A stretch of 64,000 nt of DNA from assembly GCF_902713615.1 (NCBI RefSeq), contig NC_052157.1, forward strand, positions 10,154,566-10,218,565, in the 5' to 3' direction. This DNA is from Scyliorhinus canicula. Taxonomy: Eukaryota. Positions 1-13,110 of this stretch are shown in pieces. Within the stretch, counting starts at the first letter, position 1, and each line of letters begins with the position of its first letter. The position numbers and the translations under genes were made by a program. The notes under the pieces were generated by a model that did not search any database, was not told the origin of the DNA, and saw only the letters and a list, made by a program, of their open reading frames with translations.

Positions 1-1610
1 AAACTGCAGGAGATCAATATTAGTAGAGAAATGGTGCTGGGAAAATTGTTGGGATTGAATGTGGATAAATCCCCAGGGCTTGATAATCTGCAGCCCAGAG
101 TGTTTAATGAGGTGGCGCTGGAAATAATGGATGCATTGGTGGTCATCGTCCGGGATTCTATAGACTCTGGAACAGTCCCTGCAGATTAGAGGGTAGCTCA
201 CGTCACTCCGATAGTCAAAATGGGAGGTAGAGAGAAAGCGGGAAATTATAGACCAGTAAGCCTAACATCGGTAGTGGGGAAATCCATTATCAAGGACTTT
301 ATAGCGGAACATTGAGAAAGCAGTGGCAGGATCAGTCAGAGTCAGCATGGATTTATGAAGGGAAAATCATGATTGACAAATCTGTTGGCATTCTTTGAAG
401 AAGTAACCAGTACAGTTGACAAGGGGGAGCCAGCCGATGTGGTATACTTGGACTTTCAGAAAGCGTTTGACAAAGTCCCACATAAGAGATTATTGTGCAA
501 AATTAAAGCGTATGGTATTGGGGGAAGTGTATTTAGGTAGATAGAAAACTGGTTGGCAGAGAGGAAACAAAGAGTAGGAAATAATGGGCCCTTTTCAAAT
601 TGGCAGGCAGTAACTAGTGGGGTGCCACAGGAATTGGTGCTGGGACCCCAGCTATTCACAATATATATTAATGATTTGGATGAGGGAACAAAATGTAACA
701 TCACAAAGTTTGCAGATGATACCAAATTGGGTGGGAGGGTGAACTGTGACGAGGATGCAGGGATCCTACAGAATGATCTGGACTGGTTGGGCGAGTGGGC
801 AAATCAATGACAGAAGCAGTATAATTTGGATAAGTGTGACGTTATCCACTTTGGAAGCAAAAAAAGGAAGGCGGATTACTACCTGAATGGTTGTAAATTG
901 GGAGAGGGGAGTGTGCAACGGGACCTGGGTGTCACTGAAGGTAAGCATGCAGGTACAGCAGGCGGTAAAGAAGGCTAATGATATGTTGGCCTTGATTGCG
1001 AGAGGTTTCGAGTACAGGAGTAGTGACGTGTTGCTGTAATTATACAGGGCCTTGGTGAGGCCACACTTGGAGTATTGTGTGCAGTTTTGTTCTCCTTTTC
1101 TGAGGAAGGATGTTCTTGTTCTCGAGGGAGTGCAGTGAAGGGTTTCCAGACTGATTCCAGGGATTGCGTGACTGTCATATGAGGAGAGATTGACTAGGTT
1201 GGGATTGTTCTCGCTGGAGTTCAGAAGAATGAGGGGGGATCTCATAGAGACTTAATTCTAACAGGACTAGACCGGGTAGATGCAGGGAAGATGTTCCCGA
1301 TGGTGGGTGTGTCCAGAACCAGGGATCACAGTCTGAGGATTCAGGGTAAACCATTTTGGATAGAGATGAGGAGAAATTTCTTCACCCAAAAAGTGATGAG
1401 CCAGTGAAATTCATTACCACAGGAAGTAGTTGATGCTAAAATGAGCCGGCTAGATATCGCACTTGGGTTGAATGGGATCAAAGGCTATGGGGAGAAAACA
1501 GGATTAGGCTATTGAGTTGGATGATCAGCCATGAAGGTGATGAATGGAGGAGCAGGCTCGAAGGACAAAAGGTCTCCTCCTGCTCCTATCTTCTATGTAT
1601 CTATGTATGT
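1..1610 (+). mobile_element. CR1-clade LINE (HER1-like), decayed ORF2 RT region plus 3' tail; cut by the window edge
   Basis: Frameshifted RT motifs (VYLDFQKAFDKVPH, SGVPQ..VLGP, KFADDTK); ends in ctatgtatctatgtatgt. Confidence 0.93.
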
Positions 1611-1725
1611 GCTGTTAGAGTTGGACACTCTGAATTCTCCCTCAGTGTACCCGATCAGGCGCCAGAGTGTGTCGACTAGGGGATTTTACAGTAACTTCAT
1701 TGCAGTGTTAATGTAAAAAAAAAAA
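1611..1725 (+). mobile_element. 5'-truncated SINE, tail type C only
   Basis: ctgaattctccctc...gactaggggattttacagtaacttcattgcagtgttaatgta, shared with 14418-14724, 31701-32016 and 41640-41940. Confidence 0.8.
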
Positions 1726-1734
1726 TCAGTCGAT

Positions 1735-3785
1735 TGTCGCTTTAAAAAATCCAGCTGGTTCACTAGTGTCCTTTAGGGAAGGGAATCTGCTGACCTTACC
1801 TGGTCTGGTCTACATGTGATTCCGGATCCTCAACACTTTGGTTGACCCTTAAATGCCCTCCTGACCTAGCAACTTACTCAGTCATATAAAAACTGCGATA
1901 AAATCAAGAATAAGGAACGAAACCGGAGGAACCACCGAGCATCGGCCTAGGCACTGATAACAACAACAAACCCAGCCTTTGACCCTGCAAAGTCCTCCAT
2001 ATCATCTAGGGGATTGTGCCAAAATTGTGTGAACTTTCTCGCAAACTAGCCCAGCAACAGCCTGACATAGTCATACTTACGGAATCATACCTTCCAGATA
2101 ACATCCCAGACACACCCATCACCATTCCTGGGTATGTCCTGTCCCACTGTCAGGACAGACCCTGAAGAGGTAGAGGCACAGTGGTAAATGGTCGGGATAG
2201 AGTTTCCTTGGGAGTCCTCAAAATTTACTTTGGACCTCATGAAGCCTCATGGCTTAGGGTCAAACATGGGTAAGGAAACCTCCTGCTGATTACCATGTAC
2301 CATCTGCTGTCAGCTGATGAATTAGTACTCCTCCATGTTGAACACCACTTGGAGGAAGAAGCAGGGAGGGTGGCAGGGCACAAAGGCAGGACAAATCCAA
2401 CTGGGCCAATTACCACCCTATCAGTCTACTCTTAATCTTCAGTGAACGACGGAAGGGGTCATCAGCAGCGCAATCAAGTGGCAGTTACCTAGCAATGACC
2501 TCACTGGCGCTCAGTTTGGGTTCCAGCAGGGTCATGCCGCTCCTGACCTTTGTTCAAGCGTAAACAAAAGATCTGAACTCAAGAGATGGACTGCCTTTGA
2601 CATCAAGGCACCATTTGATCGAGTGTGGCATAAAGGAGCCTTAGAAAATATGGAGTCAATGGGGATCAGGGGGGACACTGTGCACTGTTTGGAGTCATAC
2701 CTAGTACAAAGGAAGATGGTTGTATTGTTTGGAGATCAATCATCTCAGTGCTGAGACATTACTGCAGCATTTACTCAGGCTACTGTCCGAGGCCCAACCA
2801 TCATCTGCTTCATCAATGTCCTTCTTGCTAACATAAGGTCAGATGTGGGGATGTTTGCTGATGGTTGCACAATGTTCAGCACCATTCACAATGACTTGGA
2901 CACTGCAGCAAGATCTGAACATAGAACATACAGTGCAGAAGGAGGCCATGCAGCGCATCGAGTCTGCCCCAAGCCACTATTGCCCACTAATCTGGGCTTG
3001 GGCCACACAAGTGCCAGGCAATGACAATCTCCAATAAGAGAATCAAACCATTGCCCTATGACATGCAATGGTGTTGCCATCGCTGAATCCTCCCGCATGG
3101 GGTTACCATTGACCAGAACTGAACTGGACTCGCCATATAAAAACAGTGGCTACAAGAGCAGATGAGAGGCTAGGAATCCTGTGGCGAGTAACTCTCCTCC
3201 TGACGCGCCCCCCCCCCCCCCCCCCCCAAAAGCCTGTCCACCATCTACAAGACACAAGTCAGGAGTGTGATGGAATACTCTCCACTTGCCTGGATGAGTG
3301 CAGCTCCAACAACACTCCAGAAGCTTGAGACCATCCAGGACAAATCGGTGTGCTTGACTGGCACCCCTTACACACAAACATTCAATTTACTCCTTCCACC
3401 ACTGACTCACAGTAGCAGCAGTGTATACCATTTACCAGATTTACTGCAGGAACTCACCAAGGTTCCTTAGGCAGCACATTCCAAACCCATGACCACTACG
3501 ATCTAGAAGGACAAGGGCAGCAGTCATATGGGAACAGCACCACCTGGAGCTTCCCCGCCAAGTCACTCACATCCTCACTTGGAAATACATTGCGGCTCCT
3601 TCACTGTTGCTGGGTCGAAATCCTGGATCTCCCTCCCTAATAGTACAGGAGAGTACCGACACCACATGGACTGCAGAGGGTCCAGAAGGCAGCTCACCAC
3701 CACCTTCTCGGGGGCAATTTGAGATTGGCAACAAATGCTGACCTAGCCAGCGAAGCCCACATCCCGTAAAAATTGAATTTTAAAA
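1735..3785 (+). mobile_element. Second LINE family (CR1/L2 group), decayed and internally deleted; short SINE/LINE tail fragment inserted at about 2917-2968
   Basis: AP-endonuclease-like PDIVILTESYL near 2061, RT GMFAD motif near 2849, 3' tail ctagccagcgaagcccacatccc; same family at 19410, 44750 and 52875. Confidence 0.85.
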
Positions 3786-6043
3786 ATATATAATTAAGTC
3801 ATCCGTTTAAGACTAAAGTGAAGAGAAATTTTTTCGGAGGGTTTTGAATCTTTGGAATACACTACCCTAAGGATACTAGACAACGGTCGATACATTTTTG
3901 AATGCTAAGTGAATAAAGTGAGAGTGAAGGTACATGGAGTTAATGTAGCAGTTCTACATTGATATTATTAAACTGTGGAGTGAGCAAGCCTGACTGGCCA
4001 AATGGCCTGTTCCTGCTACTGTTGTGTTTTATGAAAAAAGCTGCTATTTAAAAAAAAAATAAAAAAATTTTTTAAAAAAAATCTGTAGCCTTGTGGAATG
4101 CCAAAATGTGAAAAGTCGGTGTAAACTGGGAAGTTGGAAAGTCAGTGGATCTAATCAATAGATCATTCAACTATCACAACTAGGGCCACTGAGATATTGT
4201 CCTCGCCAACTGCTGGTCACTCCCATTCAGTTATTGTGTAAAGTTCCAATAAGCTTCAATATGTTCCGAGCTTTCATGGGTTGAAATTTATCATGGGCCA
4301 TTAATGCCTTGTACATTTCACTCTACCCTCCACCTTGTATGCTACTCAGTTATTGGCTATTCTGTCTTTTTAATTGCCCAACAATACACCATTGCAAAAT
4401 CATGCTGTGTCCCTCTGTGCATTTATCAGGATACCTGGATGATTATTGTACATTATTTTTCACATATGTGCAATTAATGGAGTCATGATCATCACTCATG
4501 TTTAATTCGCTGTAAATTTAGAAAATATGCAACCAAATGTTGGCATTTTTTGATACATTTTCCCCACTTCTATACTTCATTTCTGCTTCCTGCCCAGCCA
4601 CAAATCCTCTTCCCAAACCAGCTTGCTGAGAATTCAAGTTCATGGTTTTTCACATTGATTCTGCCTTGTTTTCTGCATTTCACGATCAGCAGTGTTGTTT
4701 AACATTGCTACCTCTGGCTATGGAGGAGTGCATGTTAATCAAGTTGCTTCATTTAGTCATTTGTTACTTTCCACTGTAATTTAGGAATTCTGCTCCCTTG
4801 TCTTGAGGGTGCTATCTATGTTGAACTGTAATGTTGATGGTACTTTAAAATGGACTAGAAACTAGGGTGGTTGATGTGTTTATATTTTTTTGACCTACAT
4901 AAACATTTGCATCAGACCAAACCAATTGGAACGTTCTGACTGCAGTTAGAAAATCTTGTATCAAACTAATTGTCCTGTAGTGCAGCACTTGTAATCTGGG
5001 CCGTGCCAATTGTGTACTTTGTATTTTCTTTGGACAGCAGGCACTTGCATTTTGAGTTGAAAGTGTTTTTCCCATTACAGGTAGTTTGTATGTTTTTGAA
5101 ATTTTTATTTTTATAATCTATCGAGGCACTTGCCTCCGTTCCTGAGTGTAGCTAAACGCCTCCTTGTTGTGTTTTATTAATTTGTAGTCGCATTTTGAGA
5201 GAGTACGGAAGTCACAATTGTACAGATAGTCACAAGTGAACTTCAAGGACTTTGGTCCCTGGGAACATGGCACTCCTGATAGCGATGGGGCTTAAGAGTT
5301 AAGATACTAAAGACCTGAGTTATTTATAGTGGATGGGTAGATTACAAAGTGTGTTGCTATCAGTAGTAACTTGAAACCCTGTCTCCATGTTTCTGCATGG
5401 AATCCTGCCAGCATGTTTACTGGAAAAGATACCACTTGAAGAAGTCACTTTAATACTTGCAGGAAGACCTTCCTCCCCTCCCTTGCTAATCTTTTCCAAA
5501 GATGCTGACATAATGGGGATAGGGTAAGTGGACACTGGCTGGTGTGTGTGTGAGAGAGAATGAGGAGCCAGAGGGCTGCTGGTCTCTATGGAGATGTAAT
5601 GCAATTTCAGTGTCTTCAGAAAAGCTGGGGGGGAAGGGAGAGGGAGGAGATGTAAAGAGTTAAATGGGGGAAATCAAATTGTTCATTCACATTTGATGTT
5701 TTATACTGATGCTAAATCTGTTCACAGAACCTGTTATTTAATCCTCCTCATTTATGACCTACAGATGGTTTCCCAGCAGAAATGTATTTTGATACATGTA
5801 ACTTGTCTAAGATGGACGGTAATAAGTTTGTCTCCACTATGGTTTTAAAGATTTACTAGTGTCTTGGAAACGGTTTAGTTACAGTGTGCTCCACCCTGTA
5901 ACGGAAACACTTGGTACTTTGCCCTAAATTTCTTTTGAAAAAGACCACAAACTCAATTTAGGTGCTCTTGCTTTCGTAAGAAATTTTATAAATGAGATAC
6001 AATGTTGAAGTTGTGCTAATTTTTCTTAAGAAATTCCCCTCTT

Positions 6044-6265
6044 GGGTGGCACGGTGGCCGGGTGGTTAGCACTGCTGCCTACGGCGCTGAGGACACAGGT
6101 TCGATCCCAGCCCCAGGTCACTGTCTGTGTGGAGTTTGCACATTCTCTCCATGTCTGCGTGGATTTCACCCCCACAACCCAAAGATGTGCAGGTTAGGTG
6201 GATTGGCCACGTTAAATTGCCCCTTAATTGGAATCAAATAATTGGATACTCTAAGTTTAAAAAAA
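6044..6265 (+). mobile_element. V-SINE (HE1-like), short A-tailed type B, 16-bp TSD
   Basis: tRNA-like head with A/B boxes (tggttagc, ggttcgatcc), V-domain ggtcactgtctgtgtggagtttgcacattctc; TSD aagaaa(t/a)tcccctctt at 6028-6043 and 6266-6281. Confidence 0.92.
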
Positions 6266-6817
6266 AAGAAAATCCCCTCTTGCTAGCTATCTGCTCATCA
6301 ATGTGGAGAGTACAAATGATTTTACTTGAATTCTCAAACGTGCTGACAATATATTTATAGAGTGATTGTATAGTTTGATTGATGCTTGTATGAGGAGTGC
6401 ATTGATAGATCCACAATTCTTGGCATGACTGTTTGTTTGACTTGGGACCAATATGGATCAGGGGTTGAGATAACTGGTGTGGTCTTGGTTTCTTCAGATG
6501 AGGAGAGACAAAGTCCAGCATGTTCGTTGACACTGTTACCGGGTTATTTTAAGTATCATGGGTGGGAGTGATTTCTCCTCGGACAGTTGCTTAGATTAAG
6601 TTGAGGTTATGTCAAAGGTTAAAAAGTATGGAATTAAGTCAGATGGAATTATTTTTACACCAAGGATAAACAGAATTGTAAAATACATTACCAGGAACTC
6701 CTTTGAAATGATGAAAAAATTGTTTCACAATTTAATATATTTCTGCAGAGAACTAAGATTGAAGATAGATCATTGAGGTGGATGAAAAACCTGATGGTCT
6801 TTTCCTGTGTCTCTGTT

Positions 6818-7373
6818 TTTTAAAAATAAATTTAGAGTACCCAATTCATTTTTTCCAATTAGGGGACAATTTAGCATGGCCAATCCATCTACCCTTCACA
6901 TACATAGACCTACATAGAACACAGTGCAGAGGAAGGCCATTCGGCCCATCGAGTCTGCACTGACCCATTTAAGCCCTCACTTCCACCCTATCCCTGTAAC
7001 CCAATAACCCCTCCTAACTTTTTTGGTCACTAAGGGCAATTTATCATAGCCCATCCACCTAACCTGCACGCCTTTGGACTGTGGGAGGAAACCGGAGGAC
7101 CTGGAGGAAACCCACTCGGACATGGGGAGAACGTGCAGACTCCGCAGTGACCCAGCGGGGAATTGAACCTGGGACCCTGGCGCTGTGAAGCCACAGTGCT
7201 ATCCACTTGTGCTACCGTGCTGCCCGACATCTTTTGAGTTGTGGGGACAAAGCCCATGCAAACATGTGGAGAATATGCAAACTCTACATGGACAGTGATC
7301 CAGGGCCGGGATCGAATCTGGGACCTCGGCGCCGTGAGGCAGCAATGCTAACCACTACACCGACGTGCTGCCC
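6818..7373 (-). mobile_element. Nested V-SINEs: type A copy (about 6901-7225) inserted into a type B copy
   Basis: The type B sequence breaks at cccttcaca| and resumes at |gacatcttttgagttgtgggg on either side of a complete CR1-tailed copy. Confidence 0.88.
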
Positions 7374-7617
7374 TCTGTCTCTATTTTAACCACAAAAAAA
7401 TACACCTGGCACAGAAATTGCTGTAAAGGCATAATTTTCTTGAGTAGAAAGGGACAGTATTGGAAATTAGTTTTGATTGTCTTTACTTTCTATCTTGAGT
7501 ATGTTGTTTTATATCCCTGAATCATAATGCCAAATGTGTGATGGTGGGGATGGCATTAACTTTATATTAGCTTTATTGACTGAATATGTATTTGGGCAAT
7601 CTAACATCGATGGTTAA

Positions 7618-8120
7618 TAGATCATAGAATTTATAGTAGAAGGCCATTTGGCCCATCAAGTCTGCACCAGCCCTTGGAAAGAGCACCTGACGTAAGCCCA
7701 GGCCTCCACCCTATCCCCACAACCCAGCAACTCCATCTAACCTTTTTGGACACCAAGGGCAATTTATCATGGCCAACCCACCTAACCTGCACATCTTTGG
7801 ACTGTGGGAGGAAACCAGAGCACCCGGAGGAAACTCGCGCAGATATGGGGAGAATGCAAAATCCACACACACAGTTGCCCGAGGCCAGAATGGAACCTGG
7901 AATAGAATGTAAAACTTTAAATAAAAAAATAAAAAATTCCAATTAAGGGGTAATTTGGCGTGGCCAATCACCTACCCTGCACACTTTTGGGTTGTGGGGG
8001 TGAGACCCACGCAGACACGGAGAGAATGTGCAAACTTCACACAGACAGTGACCCGGGGCCGGGATGGAATCCAGGTCCTCGGCGCTGTGAGGCAGCAGTG
8101 CTAACCACCTTGCTGCCCTT
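7618..8120 (-). mobile_element. Type A V-SINE (7618-7900) followed by a type B V-SINE (7914-8120) with a 13-bp TSD
   Basis: aatagaatgtaaa at 7901-7913 and 8121-8133. Confidence 0.9.
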
Positions 8121-8464
8121 AATAGAATGTAAAGCACGCAGTTTCTCTGTTGGGGGGGGGGAATACATCTGCCAGGTATGATTTTCTATGAAGCACCGTG
8201 ACACGATTTTTTAACATTTTGCCACTGGTGCCCCTTTGGGCAGCAACGTGAGTCGAAGTTCACATTTACGGTCACCCTTCAGCAATGTCTAAAAATTTAA
8301 ATATGGATATTGGGTGAGGGCAGGATCATGCCAAACTGTGATACTTCCTTAGTCAAGTAACCTAATGTTCACTGTCTTGGATTCGATCATGAAGAATGTC
8401 TGTTTGTCCAAGATGCAAGAGAGCTGTTTCTGGAATGCCATCCAGGAAAGTGATGGTGCCTTTA

Positions 8465-8670
8465 CATTCTTCCTGTGTTAGCGTGGTCTCGCCCCCACAA
8501 CCCAAAATGATGTGCAGGGCAGATGAATTGGCCATGCTAAAATTGTCCCTTAATTGGGAAACACAGAACTGGGTACTCTAAATTTATTTTTAAAAAGTAA
8601 GCCTGGGCTTACGTCAGGTGCTCTTTCCAAGGGCTGGTGCAGACTTGATGGGCCAAATGGCCTTCTACTA
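8465..8670 (+). mobile_element. Type B V-SINE 3' fragment plus a 70-bp inverted copy of 7634-7703
   Basis: cccccacaacccaaa...gggtactctaaattta; 8601-8670 is the exact reverse complement of 7634-7703. Confidence 0.85.
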
Positions 8671-9940
8671 AAAAAGAGGAGTGGCACAAATTATCTATGG
8701 CAATTATAAAGCAGAGGCTTCTTAAGCAATGGAAATGTAGGAGAATTGAGTATGCAATAGCTTTTTCTTGACTGTGCTATGGTGGTAGATTGAGTTTTAC
8801 TGGCGGTGGTAAACAGTCTTTCTGTACCCTTGAACTCTCCAATTTTCCATGGGATTTTGCACTGGAACTTGCTGCAAATTGGAGAGTTAAAGAGTGCAAC
8901 CCCTCCACAGAGCATCGAGGAGTTGCGTGAACAACTGTGCATCTCCTAAACCAGCTAGGCTGTATAATCATTAATGAGTAATGCAATATTTGAACCAGTA
9001 AGTGTCAATATTAAATTTAATGTCGATACAGGTATAGAAAGCAAAATAAAGCGAGGGAAAGAAAGACTGGATTCGGGGAAAAAAAGGAAGAAACACAAAA
9101 AAAATTTTGAAAACTATTTTAGCTCTTTTAAATCTTCAATAATTTAAATCTGAAGGGACAAGAATCCAAACTTTCCAAATGTAATTTTCAGTACCAGACA
9201 GGTTGTTTGTCAGTAATTTAAGATTTCCCATGCTGCTAAAGGGTGATTACACTGGCATGGACAAGCTCTAACTAATTCTGGAGCGTTTAGCTCCTATCTC
9301 TCGTGTAAGTAGAGGCTTGCTGTTAGAGCAGCGAGTCAGATGACTAGATACAGTTTACAGTGGAGTGTTTTAAGGAGCAGGGTGTATTGAACAACTAATT
9401 CTGAATTTGTGTATTAACTGTGCACATTCAGTCACTGTAGGTTGCTCTCCAAATTCCCCACAAATAACACTTTATTTCTACCACAAAGTCCAGCCCAATA
9501 TCGGTATTTAGTTCTGCAAGATTTAATCAATTGCATTTTCACAGAACTCTGAAAATACCATTTTTTTTGTTATCACTACCTACAAGAGTATCAAGTGCTC
9601 AACGAAGAAAGTAGATTAAATTAAGAAAAAAAAGGTGAACGTGGGTATCTCCGTTTGACTTGTGGTTAATCACCTGTGTGAGGTTCCTGCTTGGGAATGG
9701 AATGCTTTCCCGATTTTGACATTAAAAACCAGTATCAAGTTAATTTTAGAATGAACTGAATTAGCTGTGAAGAGGAGTCCTGGGATTTGAAACATTAATT
9801 CTGTTTCTTGCTCCACAGATGTTTCCAGACCTGCTGAGCTTTTCCAGCATTTTCAGTTTTTATTTCAGATTACCAGTACCCACAATATTTTACTTTTATT
9901 TTAGTTTTAGAATAGCTATGTGTAGAGCGAAACATCCCAA

Positions 9941-10222
9941 GAATCATAATGCAAAAGGAGGCTGTTTGGCCCATCTAGTCTGCGCTGACCCTTGGAAAGA
10001 GCACCCTACTTAGGCTCACACCTGCACTCTATTCCATAACCCAGTAACCCCACCTAACCTTTTGGACACTTGGGGCAATTTAGCGTGACCAATCCACCTA
10101 CCTGCACATCTTTGAACTGTGGGGGGGGAAACCGGAGCAGCCGGAGGAAACCCACGAAGACATGGGGGAGAAAGTGCAAACTCCACACAGTTACCAGAGG
10201 CCGGAATTGAAACCAGGACCCT
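9941..10222 (-). mobile_element. Type A V-SINE, head truncated
   Basis: V-domain and CR1-like tail, reverse complement. Confidence 0.85.
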
Positions 10223-10732
10223 CCTTGAAGAACAACTATTGTTCCATCACTGCATTTTTCCACTTCTGATGCCAGGCATCCAGTAGCTGCTCTGAAACTG
10301 TCTGTTGTTGAGGTGCATGGACCATTGGCTACGAGCAACTGGGTGAACGACCCAATATTTCTTGTAGCATTCTTACAAGAATTAAAGAACTGTCTCAAAC
10401 ATGATGGGGAAAGTGTGTTATACAGTATGGGCCACTCTTTCCAAAATATGTAAAAGTACATTGTTTTTATTCCTAATTTCTATCCATTAATGTTCCATCT
10501 GGGACTTTTCCTAATATGTTTTATAGTATAGATCCCTCTGGGAACCCTAAGCTGTATAATGTTCTTTGTGTAATGCCATTCATGTAAAACATTAAAGTTG
10601 CTTCTCAAGATGCTTATTTTCTTTAGCAAAGCACTAGAAGTCTGGGTTACACAGTAAAGACATAAACAAGCTTAGAAATTAAAGTGCTAGTTGAGTTTAC
10701 TTGTCTTTGTATATTGCAATAAATTTCAAGAC

Positions 10733-13110
10733 TTGCAGGAGGGTTTCCTGACACACTATGTTGACAGGCCAACAAGAGGCGAGGCCACATTGGATTTGGT
10801 TTTGGGTAATGAACCAGGCCAGGTGTTAGATCTGGAGGTAGGTGAGCACTTTGGAAACAGTGACCACAATTCGGTGACCTTTACGTTAGTGATGGAAAGG
10901 GATAAGTATACCCCGCAGGGCAAGAGTTATAGCTGGGGGAAGGGCAATTATGATGCCATTAGACATGACTTAGGATGTGTAGGTTGGAGATGTAGGCTGC
11001 AAGGGTTGGGCTCACTGGATATGTGGAGCTTGTTCAAGGAACAGCTATTGCATGTTCTTGATAAGTACGTACCAGTCAGGCAGGGAGGAAGGGGTCGAAC
11101 GAGGGAACCGTGGTTTACCAAAGAAGTGGAATCTCTTGTTAAGAGGAAGAAGGAGGCTTATGTGAAGATGAGGCGTGAAGTTTCAGTTGGGGCGCTTGAT
11201 AGTTACAAGGAAGCGAGGAAGGATCTAAAGAGAGAGCTGAGACGAGCAAGGAGGGGACATGAGAAGTCTTTGGCAGGTAGGATCAAGGAAAACCCAAAAG
11301 CTTTCTATAGGTATGTCAGGAATAAAAGAATGACTAGGGTAAGAGTAGGGCCAGTCAAGGACAGTGGTGGGAAGTTGTGTGTGGAGGCTGAGGAGATAAG
11401 CGAGATACTAAATGAATACTTTTCGTCAGTATTCACTCAAGAAAAAGATAATATTGTGGAGGAGAATGCTGAGATCCAGGCTATTAGAATAGATGGCATT
11501 GAGGTGCGTAGGGAAGAAGTGTTGGCAATTCTGGACAAGGTGAAAATAGATAAGTCCCCGGGGCCGGATGGGATTTATCCTAGGATTCTCTGGGAAGCCA
11601 GGGAAGAGATTGCTGAGCCTTTGGCTTTGATTTTTAGGTCATCATTGGCTACAGGAATAGTGCCAGAGGACTGGAGGATAGCAAATGTGGTCCCTTTGTT
11701 CAAGAAGGGGAGTAGAGATAACCCCGGTAACTATAGGCCGGTGAGCCTAACGTCTGTGGTGGGTAAGGTCTTCGGGAGGATTATAAAAGATACGATTTAT
11801 AATCATCTAGATAGGAATAATATGATTAGGGATAGTCAGCATGGTTTTGTGAAGGGTAGGTCATGCCTCACAAACCTTATCGAGTTCTTTGAGAAGGTGA
11901 CTGAACAGGTAGACGAGGGTAGAGCAGTTGATGTGGTGTATATGGATTTCAGTAAAGCGTTTGATAAGGTTCCCCACGGTCGGCTATTGCAGAAAATACG
12001 GAGGCTGGGGATTGAGGGTGATTTAGAGATGTGGATCAGAAATTGGCTAGTTGAAAGAAGACAGAGAGTGGTAGTTGATGGGAAATGTTCAGAATGGAGT
12101 TCAGTTACGAGTGGCGTACCACAAGGATCTGTTCTGGGGCCGTTGCTGTTTGTCATTTTTATAAATGACTTAGAGGAGGGCGCAGAAGGATGGGTGAGTA
12201 AATTTGCAGATGACACTAAAGTCGGTGGAGTTGTAGACAGTGCGGAAGGATGTTGCAGGTTACAGAGGGACATAGATAAGCTGCAGAGCTGGGCTGAGAG
12301 GTGGCAAATGGAGTTTAATGTGGAGAAGTGTGAGGTGATTCACTTTGGAAAGAATAACAGGAATGCAGAATATTTGGCTAATGGTAAAATTCTTGGTAGT
12401 GTGGATGAGCAGAGGGATCTCGGTGTCCATGTACATAGATCCCTGAAAGTTGCCACCCAGGTTGATAGGGTTGTGAAGAAGGCCTATGGTGTGTTGGCCT
12501 TTATTGGTAGAGGGATTGAGTTCCGGAGCCATGAGGTCATGTTGCAGTTGTACAAAACTCTGGTACGGCCGCATTTGGAGTATTGCGTACAGTTCTGGTC
12601 GCCTCATTATAGGAAGGACGTGGAAGCTTTGGAACGGGTGCAGAGGAGATTTACCAGGATGTTGCCTGGTATGGAGGGAAAATCTTATGAGGAAAGGCTG
12701 ATGGACTTGAGGTTGTTTTCGTTAGAGAGAAGAAGGTTAAGAGGTGACTTAATAGAGGCATACAAAATGATCAGAGGGTTAGATAGGGTGGACAGCGAGA
12801 GCCTACTCCCGCGGATGGAGGTGGCTAGCACGAGGGGACATAGCCTTAAATTGAGGGGTAATAGATATAGGACAGAGGTCAGAGGTGGGTTTTTTACGCA
12901 AAGAGTGGTGAGGCCGTGGAATGCCCTACCTGCAACAGTAGTGAACACGCCAACATTGAGGGCATTTAAAATTTTATTGGATAAGCATATGGATGATAAG
13001 GGCATAGTGTAGGTTAGATGGCCTTTAGATTTTTTCCATGTCGGTGCAACATCGAGGGCCGAAGGGCCTGTACTGCGCTGTATAGTTCTATGTTCTATGT
13101 TCTATGTTCT
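10733..13110 (+). mobile_element. Young 5'-truncated CR1-clade LINE with uninterrupted ORF2 segment (end of AP endonuclease, linker, complete RT, C-terminus)
   Basis: ORF 10691..13012 (773 codons): LDLVL..SDHN, KSPGPDG, NYRPVSLTS, QHGF, DFSKAFDKVPH, GVPQGSVLGP, FADD; 3' tail (ctatgtt)n to 13110. Confidence 0.97.

Noticed and set aside
11836-13005. Antisense ORFs inside the CR1 RT region (also 456..1245 and 59148..60355)
   Set aside because: Shadow frames of LINE ORF2 codon structure; no independent evidence.
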